From Guillardia theta CCMP2712 (lineage: Eukaryota > Protista > Cryptophyta): a stretch of DNA of 64,000 bases. Below, one piece after another: positions 1 to 11,945 of this stretch (the first letter of the stretch is position 1; the number at the start of each line of letters is the position of its first letter). The position numbers and the translations under genes were made by a program. Location of the stretch: the NCBI RefSeq assembly GCF_000315625.1, contig NW_005434656.1, positions 631,636 through 695,635 on the forward strand, in the 5' to 3' direction. The notes below the pieces were generated by a model. The model did not search any database. It saw nothing but the letters and a program-made list of their open reading frames with translations, and was not told the origin of the DNA.

Positions 1-844
1 CCGTATCACTTTATCTTTCTCCGTGAATTCTTTTACTTTTCTTTTCTTGTTGAGCTGGACAACAAAAGATAAGAAACAAAATCTTTCAGGTTCTCAGTTT
101 CCGCACAGCTGGTCTGAATTTGCTGTTGCCTCGCCAAATCTCCGTATTTTGGTTTCTCACGATTTGTTGATCTTATTCGTTTGTCACTCTTGGTTTCATA
201 CCTTCTGTCACTGCTCTCACTCTCTTTTGCTTTTTATCTCAAATGATGTATTTTTATCCGTTTCTTATTGACTCTTGACGTCAATTCTTGAATCCTTTGT
301 TGTTTTGCCTTTTTCGGTTATCAGAATGAAATATTGTCCATCTCTTTTGTGCTGTTTCCCCTTCTCTTCTCCTTGCTCCTCCTGAAGTGCTCTCTAGTCT
401 TTTCCCGCCTATCTCCTGTCTCTTGCCTCGCCCTCCTTCTCGCCCTCTCCTCTCCTCTCAACTTTCTCGCTCCCCCTCCTTCTCAGCAGTCCAACCACAA
501 ACCATCGAAAAATCCGAAGAATCCACAATCAGTACCCCACCCCACCCTCACATACTTAGTACCCCACCCTCAAATCAGTCATTAAAAATACCCACCCTAT
601 CACAAGTGATTTTAAAGACCCTCACCCACTCTAGATTTGAGTCCATTTGGCCCGTTACAGGTACCCCTACCTACCCCCCTATCACACAACCCCTGTACAA
701 ATGTACCCTGCTGAAGATGACCCTCATCTGTCACACTTTGTGTCCGTTACCCCCTTTTTTACATGGTTTTCTAGGGGTGGGGGTGATTTTCCCCTGAACT
801 CAGGTACGCGTGGGTTGCGAGAATGGGGATGGCGGGGGGTCCGT

Positions 845-883
845 ATCCTTCATGTCCTGACGCGATCCTTCATGTCCTGACGC
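845..883. repeat. 20-bp tandem duplication ATCCTTCATGTCCTGACGC(G) x2
   Basis: Direct reading. Confidence 0.85.
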
Positions 884-1256
884 AAGCAAAGATCTCTCCT
901 TCCTCTTGTCTTTCTTGATCAAGTCGAACTCCTGCGAGCGATGAGACTATGTGATGTCATATGAACACGGCTGCAAACAATTGTATAACCCCCGAGCACC
1001 TGCCACAGATCTTCGAAAACGATCAGAGAGGTTTGAAAGATTTACAGATCAGCTCTTCGCATTCAACAGGAAACATCCTGTCAAGATTCACGATCTTTGA
1101 ACAATTTCTTCACTCCTTGCTGAAATACAATCGACTCTGTTGTATTTTACAATTTGACCGAATAAACACTACGAGAATGTCATTAGCAGCCCCCGCCCCC
1201 CTCTTCCGTCCGCGTCGTCAGTCAGGAGGAAAGTCAATGCGCGAGTCCCTCTCTGC

Positions 1257-4254
1257 TCAGATCCTCCATGCAGTTATCGGGACAGTGAAGCCAACGATGC
1301 GAGAGAGCACACTCCCGCCTGCCGAGATCATGATGCCGATCATGAGGCGGAAGAGAGACTCTGAGAAGGGAAACCCCAAGACCTGCAGCCACCGTCTCGT
1401 CCTTGCAGAGAGGAGGAGAGTGACTCACGTGCAGCGGCGAGTGCGCGTCCTTCTGTGCAAGCCTGACGACGTCCTAGCCAGGATTGGATCAGACGATTAG
1501 AGTAGTGAAGCAGAGGAGGACAGGAGGACAGGACTTGATGATACTTGGTTACAAGGAGGGCATGATACGAGGAAAGAATAGAGAAGAACAGGAGGGAAGT
1601 CCCGCTAGACAAGAAATCAAAGGGAGACGAGGAAAAGAGACAGGCACAGGGTTTGGGCAGAAGAAGATTTACCAGGTACTTGACCGCTCTCTCAGCCTGT
1701 TCCTTCACTGCCGGATACTGCAAGAAGACAGAGTTAAGATGAGAGCAGGAACAAGGAGGAGAGGATCATGATCAGAGAGATCACATCTGAAGCGAAGGAG
1801 TGTAGCCTGCCGACCAAGGTCACAAGAGCAGCATCGCCAGCCTGCAGGATCTCACTTGAGTTGCTCATTCATCAGCACCGCAGGATCGTGTAGAATGTTC
1901 TGGGTCGAGGACGAGGTGAGTCTGCCGTCAGCTCCGATGGGAGCCTTACATTGGTCCTCGCTCCCAGCTGTATGATGCGGGTGACGTCCCTTCCCAGTAT
2001 GAAGGCCAGCATCAGGGCCTGGAGGCGTCGATTAGTTCAAGGGCCCCGACTCAGAAAGCGGGACCTGACAGTCCGATACCCCCAGGAGCTGGGCGTTCCC
2101 TCCTCCCCGAAAGAATGCAACGACCTTGACAACTTTCAGTTGAGCAGGACGGGGCAGGGGATGCGGAGCCTTACGAAGTGCAGGAAGAGTACGCAGCAGA
2201 CCAAGAACGAGACCTGGAACAAAATCACTAGCGACCCCCTGTCAGCTGTCAGCTTACAGTGACTATGAAGTCGACGGATCGAGCCAGAAACGTGGAAGAG
2301 TTCTGCTTCTTGATGTACTGGCGGAGGACCAGCCATGCTCGTACCTGCATACCGGCCCGTCATGCGGGCAGAGACGGGGGAAATTTAGGACCTGAGAAAC
2401 AGAGGAGATCGAGAGATGTGGCAGGCAGGCTCGTCGAGCTGCGCGCAAGTCGAGGAGAGCACAGAGGTATCTTGCTCTTCGATTTAGCCGCCGGTAGGAC
2501 TCGACAGCTACGTTTGTGCTGGGCTGATCTCAGGAAGAAGGAGGGGAAATAAGAAGGCACCATGTCAGGATGCCCATTCCCATCACGAAGTTCGCCAACG
2601 TGCAGCTGACCGTAAGCGCGACCTCGGCTGTAGAGGAGCCGAACGCTGCCTGAAGGAAGCACAGATGTCACGTGAAGTGGGTCGAGGCCAGAAGACGACG
2701 GGGGACCCGCAGCAGCTCGACGGGGGGTACAGTGAGGTCTTGGAAGCGCATCCGAGGACAAGTCGAGTCGTTGGGGAGACCCAGGCAGAGGGTCATAAGG
2801 CGATGGGTGGGAGCCGTCATGGCAAACGCCATGGCGCCGAAGAACGGGAGCTGCAGAAGCGATGATGGGAGTGATACCGCAAGGAGACAGGACCTGCGAA
2901 CTCTTCCGCTTCTGCTCTTTCCTCGCCACGTAAACCTCGCGGCACAAGTCGTACAGCGATACGGTGAACGTCTTCCTGTTCCTGCAACAAGATATTCAGA
3001 CGGGAAGGACCAGCAGTAAGGGCGCACGAGTCAAACACGGTCAGCATTTCGTTCTGCATGTAGTTCCACTGCTCCTGGAGCTCCTGGAACTGCTGCTCAC
3101 CCGGTCAAACCCTGACCATCATCATCTCCCAATCTTACGAATCTGAACGACTCGGACATCTTGCGGTTCGTAAGATCATCTGTAGACGACATCGGGGAAG
3201 GGTTGTCCCCCTTGTCCAGCTCAGCCCCGTCGAGCCCAGACTTGTCGAGCTCGGCCTTCTTGTCATTCGGAGAGACGTTTGACATGAGGTCTTCGAGGTC
3301 GTCGAACGAGTACCTTCCCAGCCGGTCAGGCGAGTAGATGGCTGAGTACGTGGCCTGGCGACAGAGCATGAGGGGCTGGGAGTGGGAGGAGGGGGCCGAC
3401 CAGGATGATGAGGTAGAGGAGGAGGACCTCCCTGGTCTCGTAAGTGTCCTTGCCGTTGTAGTAGAGCCAGTAAGAGCCTGAAGGCCTCAGGTGAGTGACA
3501 ACAAGCTCGAGCAGCCTGGAAGATCGCACATGCGATGATCGTCATCAGCAGGATAGAGCAGAGCACCTCCTGCCACGCTCCTGCGTCAGATGCTGCGAGG
3601 GAAGCCGCGGGCCGCACCAGCGCCTTGCCGCTAAAGAAGAGGATCTTGAAGTGCTTTCCTAGATGGAGCAGGCAGCCCTTGGACCTGGCACTCGAGAGGA
3701 TGGGGATGGAGAGGAACGCTGGAGCCACCGCCAAGTGAATCAGCAGCTGCAGGAATCTTACCCACCTAATCTCCATCTTCGCCGCACTCTCCCTTCCTGG
3801 CATATCAGACGGGAGGAGTAGGAGGAGAGAGGAGGGACCTGGACCGCTGGCGGTACAGAGAGCTTCCTGTCGCCAGGTCCTCGACGAGAGAGAACTCGAA
3901 GAGCAAGGGGATGCGGTTCTCGAAGTCAGCAGGCTCGGACCCCCTCGCCTCCTCGTGCTCGTCTGCCTGAGAGCTGTCATCGTCGATGGCAGTCAGGCCT
4001 GACGCCCAGCTTGCGCTCCTCTTCTTGAGCATCTGAGGATGCTGCACCCCCTCCGACAAGCTCGAGCCTGCAGCCTCCTTCTTCCATCGCACTCCCTTGA
4101 TCGCAGGAGACACGAGGTAGTGGGGGAAGGGATGGTCGACTGCCGGCCTCTCGCTCTCCTCGTGCGGATTTTCCCTCCCTGCATGCTCGCACGTCCCATC
4201 TGCTGAGGGGGAACTGGGAGCCGACGAGCTCGCCACCCGTGTGGCGTCCGCCAT
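1257..4254 (-). CDS. PHTF: PHTF-family multi-pass membrane protein (PHTF1/2 homolog), multi-exon
   Basis: Exon 2260-2344 reads VRAWLVLRQYIKKQNSSTFLARSVDFIVT (cf. PHTF [23 protein letters not shown]); last exon VLGFPFSESLFRLMIGIMISAGGSVLSRIVGFTVPITAWRI* (cf. PHTF C-terminus YGLTMNP...[22 protein letters not shown]); several hydrophobic exons. Start ATG 4254 approximate. Confidence 0.75.
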
Positions 4255-4517
4255 CGTGGGAGAGCGCGGATCGGTGAAAGTGCCGATGATGAGAGGAGGG
4301 AGGCAAGGAAGGAGAGGAGAGAGGGAGTGTGAGGGGAAGGGACGAGGAGAGGCTGGAGAGCTGCTGGAGGGCAGGGAGCGGCGAAGACGGGCGGGGGCAG
4401 CGGCTCGATAGGTGGCCTGGGGAGGCAATGGTTCAAGAGGTCAGAAAGGGATTTCTGCAATTTCGGAGGTAGATTTGGCGGGAGGAGAGGGAGGGAGGAG
4501 GAGGGAAGGAGCAGCAG

Positions 4518-6187
4518 ATGAGGAGGTCGCGTCAGCTCTGGATGCTGCTCGCCATGTTGGCGATGGCGTCAGGTGCGAAGGACAGGCGAAGCAGCGGGGA
4601 AGCAGCGGGAGTGGGCGGGGGAGCGGGAGCGGGAGGAGGAGGTGGGGGGGGAGTGGGCGGGGGGTCGGGACTGGGAGGAGCGGGAGCAGGACCTTCCGGC
4701 GGGGAGGGAAGGGAGGAGATTCTGGAGGAGAGGGCCAAAGTCATGCCCGTCTTCGTCATGTTCTATGCTCCGGTACGAGTGGGCGACCAGGTCTATCCTC
4801 TGACGGCCCCGCAGTGGTGCAATCACTGCAAGAGGATGGCGCAGGCATGGAGCGAGCTCGGAGACCGAGTGAGGAAGTCGAGGGAGATGATCCATGTGAG
4901 CTCTTCGTCTTCCTCCTACTCCTTGAGTACCACCACCACCAACAACAACAACAACAAACTCCTCCTCCTCCTCCTCCTCCTCTTCCTCCTCCTCCTCCTC
5001 CTCCTCCTCCTCCTCCTTGGTTCGACTGCCAGCTCTCCTCGTCTCTCTCCTCGTTCCTCACTGCAAAGTACCTGTGTAGATCACCAAGATAGACTGCACG
5101 TCGACCTACGGGAGCTCGACGTGCTCCCGGCATGGGATCAAGGCATATCCTACCATGAAGCTTCTCTTCAACGTCCCTGAGGTACTCCTTTCCCTCTGAC
5201 CACCGTCTGATCCCCCGGCAGGAGGAGACAGTACGCGAGATCAACTACAAGCGAGCGAGGACGAGCGACGCTCTCTTCCATTTCGCACAGGAAGCGGCGG
5301 CCAACCCTCGGAAGCTCCAGGTCCCTTGCCATGAGCCGGTAAAGCTGCTGAAGCTCGTTGACAGGACAAGATCAATGCGGAGGCAGATGAGACGGCCCAG
5401 AGGTGCCTTGCGCCTCCTCTCTCTTGCCAGGTGTGACTGAAGCAATCTGCATACAAGATGGGTTCACCATCAGGAAGTGGAGAGTAAGGTTGTTTGCCAT
5501 TTGTTAACCACACCCGCCAACAATTTGAGCAGGGGCCCGTCAAAGAACTTTCTGACTACAACTTTGACGAGATAGCAAGCGAGTATGTATCCTCTCAGAT
5601 GTATCCCGGATGCTCTCCCTCTATACATCAGTTGCTCCGCATGTAACCAGCCCGAGCAGAGACGGAACCGTAGTCTTCGTCCAGTTCTTCGTGCCGTGGG
5701 TGAGGGAGAAGGGCACACGGGGTCAGGATTGTTTTATCTTTACTCAGCCTGCAGTGTGTCTACTGCAAGAAGCTGAAACCCACGTGGGAGGAGCTAGGTG
5801 GGGGGTCTCGAGACCTTGTTGGATCCTGACACAAGGAGTGGGTGCAGGGCTCGAGTTTGCTGAGCTGCCGGACGTGATCATCGCCAAAGTTAACTGCAAG
5901 AAGCAGAAAGTAGTCTGCAAGCATCACGTAGGGAGCTCGGGTGTGCGGGGAGTCATGTGAAGATGGCGGTCCAGGTACAGAAGGGTTATCCGACGCTGAA
6001 GCTCTTCGTCAATGGGACGGAGAGTCAGGTTCGAAGTAGGCAGTGGGTGTGCAAGACTTGACGCCTTTGCCAGTATCTAGGGCCGAGGGACCTGTCTTCC
6101 TTGAAGTTTCACGTGGAGAAGTCGCTGTGGAGGGCTGGCTTCAAACCGGACGAGTACGGCAACCTTCAGCAGTACGCAAGCCCATAG
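4518..6187 (+). CDS. Protein disulfide isomerase-like protein, signal peptide plus two thioredoxin domains, multi-exon
   Basis: Leader MRRSRQLWMLLAMLAMASG; VFVMFYAP|WCNHCK...KIDC...YPTMKL; second domain FVQFFVPW|CVYCKKLKPTWEEL...AKVNC...GYPTLKLF...YLGPRD; stop TAG 6185-6187. Confidence 0.85.
4929..5016. repeat. Intronic compound microsatellite (CAC)n(AAC)n(CTC)n
   Basis: Direct reading, inside a PDI intron. Confidence 0.85.
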
Positions 6188-6255
6188 CGATCAGAGGCTC
6201 TCGAGGCCCGAGCTCCCGAGCAACATCACCCTTTCAAGATGTTTCATTTGTTCGA

Positions 6256-9200
6256 TTATACAGTCCCAACCTCCAGCAGAAGAGATACCTCCTCCACACA
6301 TCGCTGAAGCGACCTCTTGTTTCGCATCAGCATCAGCACGTCCTGCACGAGCTCCTGGCGCTTGTATCCGAGGATCGTGCCGGTGCTGCCAGTGGGCTCG
6401 TCTTTCAGGCAGAAGGACTGGTACAGGAGCATCTCGCACAGCTCCCTCAGCCGGCTCTCCAGGTCCTTGTCGATCAGATACTTGACGTACAAGTCCAGCC
6501 AGTACTTGAACTCCGAGCTGGAGTTGAGCGTCATGGAGGCGGCCAAGAGCGTCTCCACATGTGCCAAGGTGATCTGCGAGGTCTGTAGAGGGTCCATGAC
6601 AATCATGGCGGGGAGATGCTGGGGCTTCACCCCACGGCTGGCGAGTTCCAAGGCCTTCCGCAGGTGGCCCTCATCCCCTCTCGCTTCCCCGCTCAACCGA
6701 TGGTGTGAAAAATACTCCGACGACCGAAATTGACTCTCTGCGATCCTTACCATGCACTTCATACCCTTGTGATACGCGTAGCACTGTCCATCGCTCATTC
6801 CCACGATCGGTTGACCGTCACCGGTGATCCAAAAGTTGTCAACCTCCACCCCCTCGTGAAGCACAGCATGGATATTCGCTGAACAAGTCTCGGTCTGGCT
6901 GACCACATCCCAAACTCGGATGTTCCCGTCACAAGTCAACACACCAAGGAACGGTTCCATACCCTTGCCGGCTTGCAGGCATGTTGCCTGCGCTGAAAGA
7001 GCTATTGCTGGCATCATTCGTCGACCTTTCGTGCTGTAGACGTATAGGCATGACTCTTTGCAGGTAACAGCGCTGAACCTACGATTCGCACTGACAGCAG
7101 TCACATGCTCCTTGAAGTAATCCCGCCAGACCTCAGCGCCATCTTCCTTCACGCAGTTCACAACGCTCCAGTCATCCGCTCGAGAGCAGTTCAGGTAGAG
7201 AGACCCTTGCGAAGAGCTGCCCAGTCCGTTTGAAGCAATCTGAGAGTCGCTGCCACTACAAATCTGCAATGTGATCGTTTCTTTGTGCTTCAGGGGTTTT
7301 AGGACTTGAACTGGAAGGTTGATTACATTATCTGCTGAAGGAAGTTGTCCGGCGAGAGCCTGTCTCTTATCTCTTGTTCCATCGCCTTTTGCACCAGATG
7401 CCGCCTTTCGCTTCTTGCTGTCTGACGTTGATACGGAAGTTGTGCTTGAATTTTCATTTTGGATTGCCTCTGTGTTGCTTGGATTACTACTTTCGGTTGT
7501 AGGATTGGGCGATGTCAATGATAAGCTATTAGTTGATTGTTTCTGGCTTGCTGTAGAATTCTCAGAAATTGCAGGTAACCCATTCTCTTGTGAAGATGAT
7601 GCTTTTTGTGGCTGTACCGTAGTGTGTGAATTAGTACTCGAGCTTGCAACTGTTGTTCCAGCTGATACAGGCAAGCTAGAACTTGTGCTGCCATTTTGCA
7701 TTGGCTGGGAAGCAGGCAACGAATTCTGTACAGGGGAAATTTCTACTATCGAAGGCTGAACCACTTTCGGGCAAATTCTTCTCTTTCCACCCGAGGTTCT
7801 GGTCTCCTCCTGTTTCGAGCGAACAACTGTTTCCTTCATTTCGCTGACTGATACAGTGTTCACGGTTTTCGCCTCTGTTTGCCGAGATTTCTCAAAGTTG
7901 AGTTGAGCTAAGTCTTCAGGTAAATCAAGCTCACCACTATTCGCCGTCTGATCACCATAGTACTTTCGCAAGATCTTTTGCTTTTCGTCGGCTAAGACCA
8001 AAGATCCGATTTCCTTCGCAGAGAAGAAGATGACTGCCACTGTCCCATCATGGCTGCATGCCGTCAGGATGTAACTATTCTCTCCTCCCCAACTTATGTC
8101 GTAGATTTCCTGGTCGAACAATTCCTTGATTATCGTCAGGGGCTTCCCCTGCCCATTTGCAGACCAGATTGTGAATTCACTCTTTTGTGATCCCATGGCA
8201 CATACTGCATCAATCTTGTTGTTTCGTTTCAAAAGCTGAGGGTGGAATGAAGCCACAGTCACTGGAGCACTACATTGAAAAACAACACATCGTCACTCCA
8301 GTGGGAATGCTCAAAGGAAACTCTCAGCCTTACCTCCATCCTTGCATAGTAGCGTCTCGCTCCCATCGCGCGTCATCATCTTTGCCTCCATCGCGTTTCA
8401 AAAGTGCGCAGGTGTACTTGTTGCTTATGAAGGCGTTCACTGTCGCCAGATTCCTTCAAAACAAAAGTAAATGGACATCGAATGGCCGTGGCAGTGCAAT
8501 CATTACTGTCCATCCGGCGACCAGCTGAGCCTGAGGAACATTGGCTCATCAGGAGCCTCAATGTATCCTGCTGTGTTCTTTACTTCTTTCTATTCAAGAA
8601 AGAGTAAGAACATCACAGTGACAACCTCCATCATCCACCTGCCAATCTCGAACCCTCCAGACGACAGTGCTCTTTTCTTCACCGCCGATGACTTGTGCTG
8701 CTAGATACTTACCGATCGGATCCCAGGAGACTCCCTTGACCATTCCATTCTCGCGCAACTTTGCCACAGGCACATTTCCATGAAGGTCCCAAACAAAGAC
8801 GTAGTTGTCCAATCCACAGGAAGCAAGTCTAGTCCCATTCGGACACCAGGCTACATGCAGTACCTACAACAATCTCACCAGGGATGCATCCAGACTCCTT
8901 GCAGCATTACGTCAAGTTCGTGTCCTCGGAAGGAATGCCTGACAATCCACTCTTCGTAGCTGAGGTTCTTGTTGCCAAGCGTCTTGATAGGGTTGGCATA
9001 AGTGTAGCCGAGATGCAGAACTAAGACAGTCTTGTCTCCAGCACAGCTCGCAAGAAATCTCCTGTGAAAGTGGAAATGTCATCACATACCAGGTCGGACA
9101 CTATCCCATGCAAGTACCCGCAAGGGGACCACCGCACGCAGTTAACCGCCTCAGTATGATGGTTGCAAGAGCTCAACATCTTTGGCGATGTACTGTTATC

Positions 9201-9391
9201 CTGCTTGATACATTCCATGTTCCATATTCTTATCATGCAATCTGTGTAATGCTACATCAGTCTGCGCTCGTTCGAAACGAAAGATGACCTCCACCGCCTG
9301 TCGCTAGTCTCGATGAGTCAGGTCGACAATGCACCGAGTAGATAGGTGTTCGATTATCATGAGAAACCCACTCTGGCTTTACAATCTTCAT
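6256..9391 (-). CDS. HIRA: HIRA/Hir1 histone H3.3 chaperone
   Basis: N-terminus MKIVKPEWVSHD...IYSVH...RLATGGG; WD40 repeats (VNCVRWSP, VKGVSWDPIGKYLA); B-domain KQEETRTSGGKRRICP; C-terminal Hira domain (TLAHVE...SSEFKYWL...RLRELCEMLL). Confidence 0.95.
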
Positions 9392-9912
9392 TACTGAATC
9401 TGGATAGAGCATGTCAGTTAAGCTGGAACCACGACAACACTCGACCGTGTTTCTCCTCCTGTCTACAACGAGCAAACATTGTTTCAAAACTACTTCCTCT
9501 TCTTGTCAACATAGCACTATCACCCTCAACGATGTCCCTACATGCCTCCCCCCCCATGAACAAGGCAGTCTCAACATATCACATCCTTCGCTTCTCTGTA
9601 TATCCGGCTTCCTGCCTAGGTTTGGCAGGAGGGGAGAGAATTGTGCGAGCCAAGCTCCTCAAGCTCCCGCCAAAACTTCTCCTACCCCTCATACTCCACC
9701 CCCACCCCCATCAATTCCAGGCCCGATTGTAATAGCAGTACCCCACGAATATCGAAAGAGCTTTCCTACCTTGTCCACCCCTCCCTCAGACCCCACCCAC
9801 CACCTTCTGCCCCAGGTTCCAAGAGCTCTGAGGCGAACCTCTGAAACATGGCCGTTACAACGGTCTGTTAAAGGCGTTACAAATGCGAACGATAGGGCGT
9901 AACGGTCACACC

Positions 9913-11733
9913 ATGGATTCGCTTCATGCAGCGGCGAGAGCAGGAGATCTTAAGGTGAATGCAAACGCGTCCTCCTTCCTTCTCCTGCTCCAGCTGCTTC
10001 AACTGCTTCAGTTGCTCCTTGTCTCCATCATTCCTGCTCCTGCTCCTGCTCCTGCTCCTTCTTCTGCTGTTCATCACTTGATCCAACTGTGGGATTCCGC
10101 CATGCTGGCTGTTATGATCCTCATCCTCATCCTCGTCCTCGCGTTCATCATCACTCTAACTCCGCCCTGTCCTCCTCTTCATCCTTTCATTTCCCTTTGA
10201 AGTGACAATCTTCCATAAAACATGGACGTTTCATTTGCCTGTTGTGTGTGTCGCAAGTTTCTATTGATTGCCTTGATCTTGTGTACAATTCGTCTGCCGT
10301 ATATTTTTCCTGATGTGAGTTTTTGTACACTTATAAGCTTGAACATGCTGTTTCACTTTAACCATCAGACTATTCCTCCTCGATTGTCTCAGTGACTTGC
10401 ATTTTCGATTCAGGAAATTGAGCGTATCCTTGCAATTCCAGACGGGAAAGCTCCTGATCCCAACGACAAGGACAATCTTGGGAGGACTGCTTTGCACATG
10501 GCAGCATGGGCAGGACATGCAGACGTTGTGCGGAAATTATTAGAAGTTGGAGCTGATCCTAACGCACACGCCATGGACGATATGACATGCCTGCACTTTG
10601 CCTGCCAAAAGGGGTCGGTGGCATGCATCTCTATCCTCATCGAGCATCAGGCGGATCTTGAAGCTCTTGACAGGTGAAGTTTTGACTTCCGTTGTCATTT
10701 GGCGATCTGAGTACTCTCGCAGGAAGAAAAAAAATACTCCATTGCACATGGCTTGTGAAAAAGGACACATTGAAATAGTGAAGCTGCTTGTGGAAGCTGG
10801 GAGTAACTTGAAGGCCAAGAACAAATTCCATAAAACTCCTTTTGATGCTAGTGCAAATGAAGAAACGCGAATGGCACTGCCAGGAGGTTTTAGCAAGGTT
10901 TGAGCAATTGATTCCACAAACATGAGCCACTGACCCTTGTTTTGAAGGTCAAGGGGGAAAAGAGCAATTGGCGAGAAAAAGATCAAGAAGGTTTCAACAA
11001 AGCTCAGGAGGAATTGCAAGCCATGAAAGAAGAAAAACGGAAAATGAGGGAACTAGCAAAGCAGCAAAAAGCTAAAGAGAAACAATTGAAGGGAACGGAA
11101 AATGATGAGGATACTTTGAACGTCGACGATGAAGAATCGCCATTCGCTGTGCCTACAAAGTCCAAGGCAGAGCAAGGCAGCATGTTGAAAAAGAGAACAA
11201 CCCCAGAGGAAGTTTCGGTGGAGCCCCCTGCAAGCAAATTGGCAAAGACGGAAGACGATGCTGTCGAGAATGATTCGGATGCGAAGGAACAAGGGCATGC
11301 AGCTTCAACTTCAAGTGAACAAGCCGGAGCTGCTGCTGCGCCTGCGCGTCCTGGTACTGCAGCTGATCAAAATGGAGCTGGTCAAGATGAGACGACAGCC
11401 GAGGTTGTTTATCTAGGCGATTGCGATTTGTTGTTGTCAACTGACGCAGAAATTTATCAGCTATCACGTTTGTTAGCTAGCAGAGGCGACATTGAGGATA
11501 TGCTTATTGACGAGCCAGACAATGAGGTTCGTAACGTTTCAACAACTTCTTATTGTTCTTTTCTTTTGACAGTTTTCCTTTTGCCCCCTGCTCTTTTTAG
11601 GAGCTGTTGTTGATGAAATCGCAAATCGATCAGGTTCTATTTTTGATCGGACCCTGTCGTTTGACTCACTGTTGTCTTGTGTCAACAGGCCATCGCCCTT
11701 ACAGAGGCGCGTCGGCAGAAGCAGAGAACCTAG
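9913..11733 (+). CDS. Ankyrin-repeat protein with charged C-terminal tail, multi-exon
   Basis: MDSLHAAARAGDLK|...GRTALHMAAWAGHADVVRKLLEVGAD...TCLHFACQKG...NTPLHMACEKGHIEIVKLLVEAG; spliced end DNE|ELLLMKSQIDQ|AIALTEARRQKQRT* (TAG 11731-11733). Confidence 0.85.
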
Positions 11734-11945
11734 TCCTAACCAGGGATCTGGAACAAGTCGGCCCACTCCGGCATCGCCCCCGGAGCCTCGAGGAACAAGC
11801 GCTGCACCGGGTAACTCTCAAGTTTGCCGCAGTGCCGTCACCCCGCTAGCCAGTATTTTGTTTTCTAAAAAAAAAGCCTATCACCGAGCCCGCCTATCAG
11901 GATGATGGCGCCAAAAATTCTCCAGCAAACCACATAGCAAAGAGG

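Noticed and set aside
961-1500. 179-aa plus-strand ORF
   Set aside because: Antisense shadow of the last exons of the PHTF-like gene.
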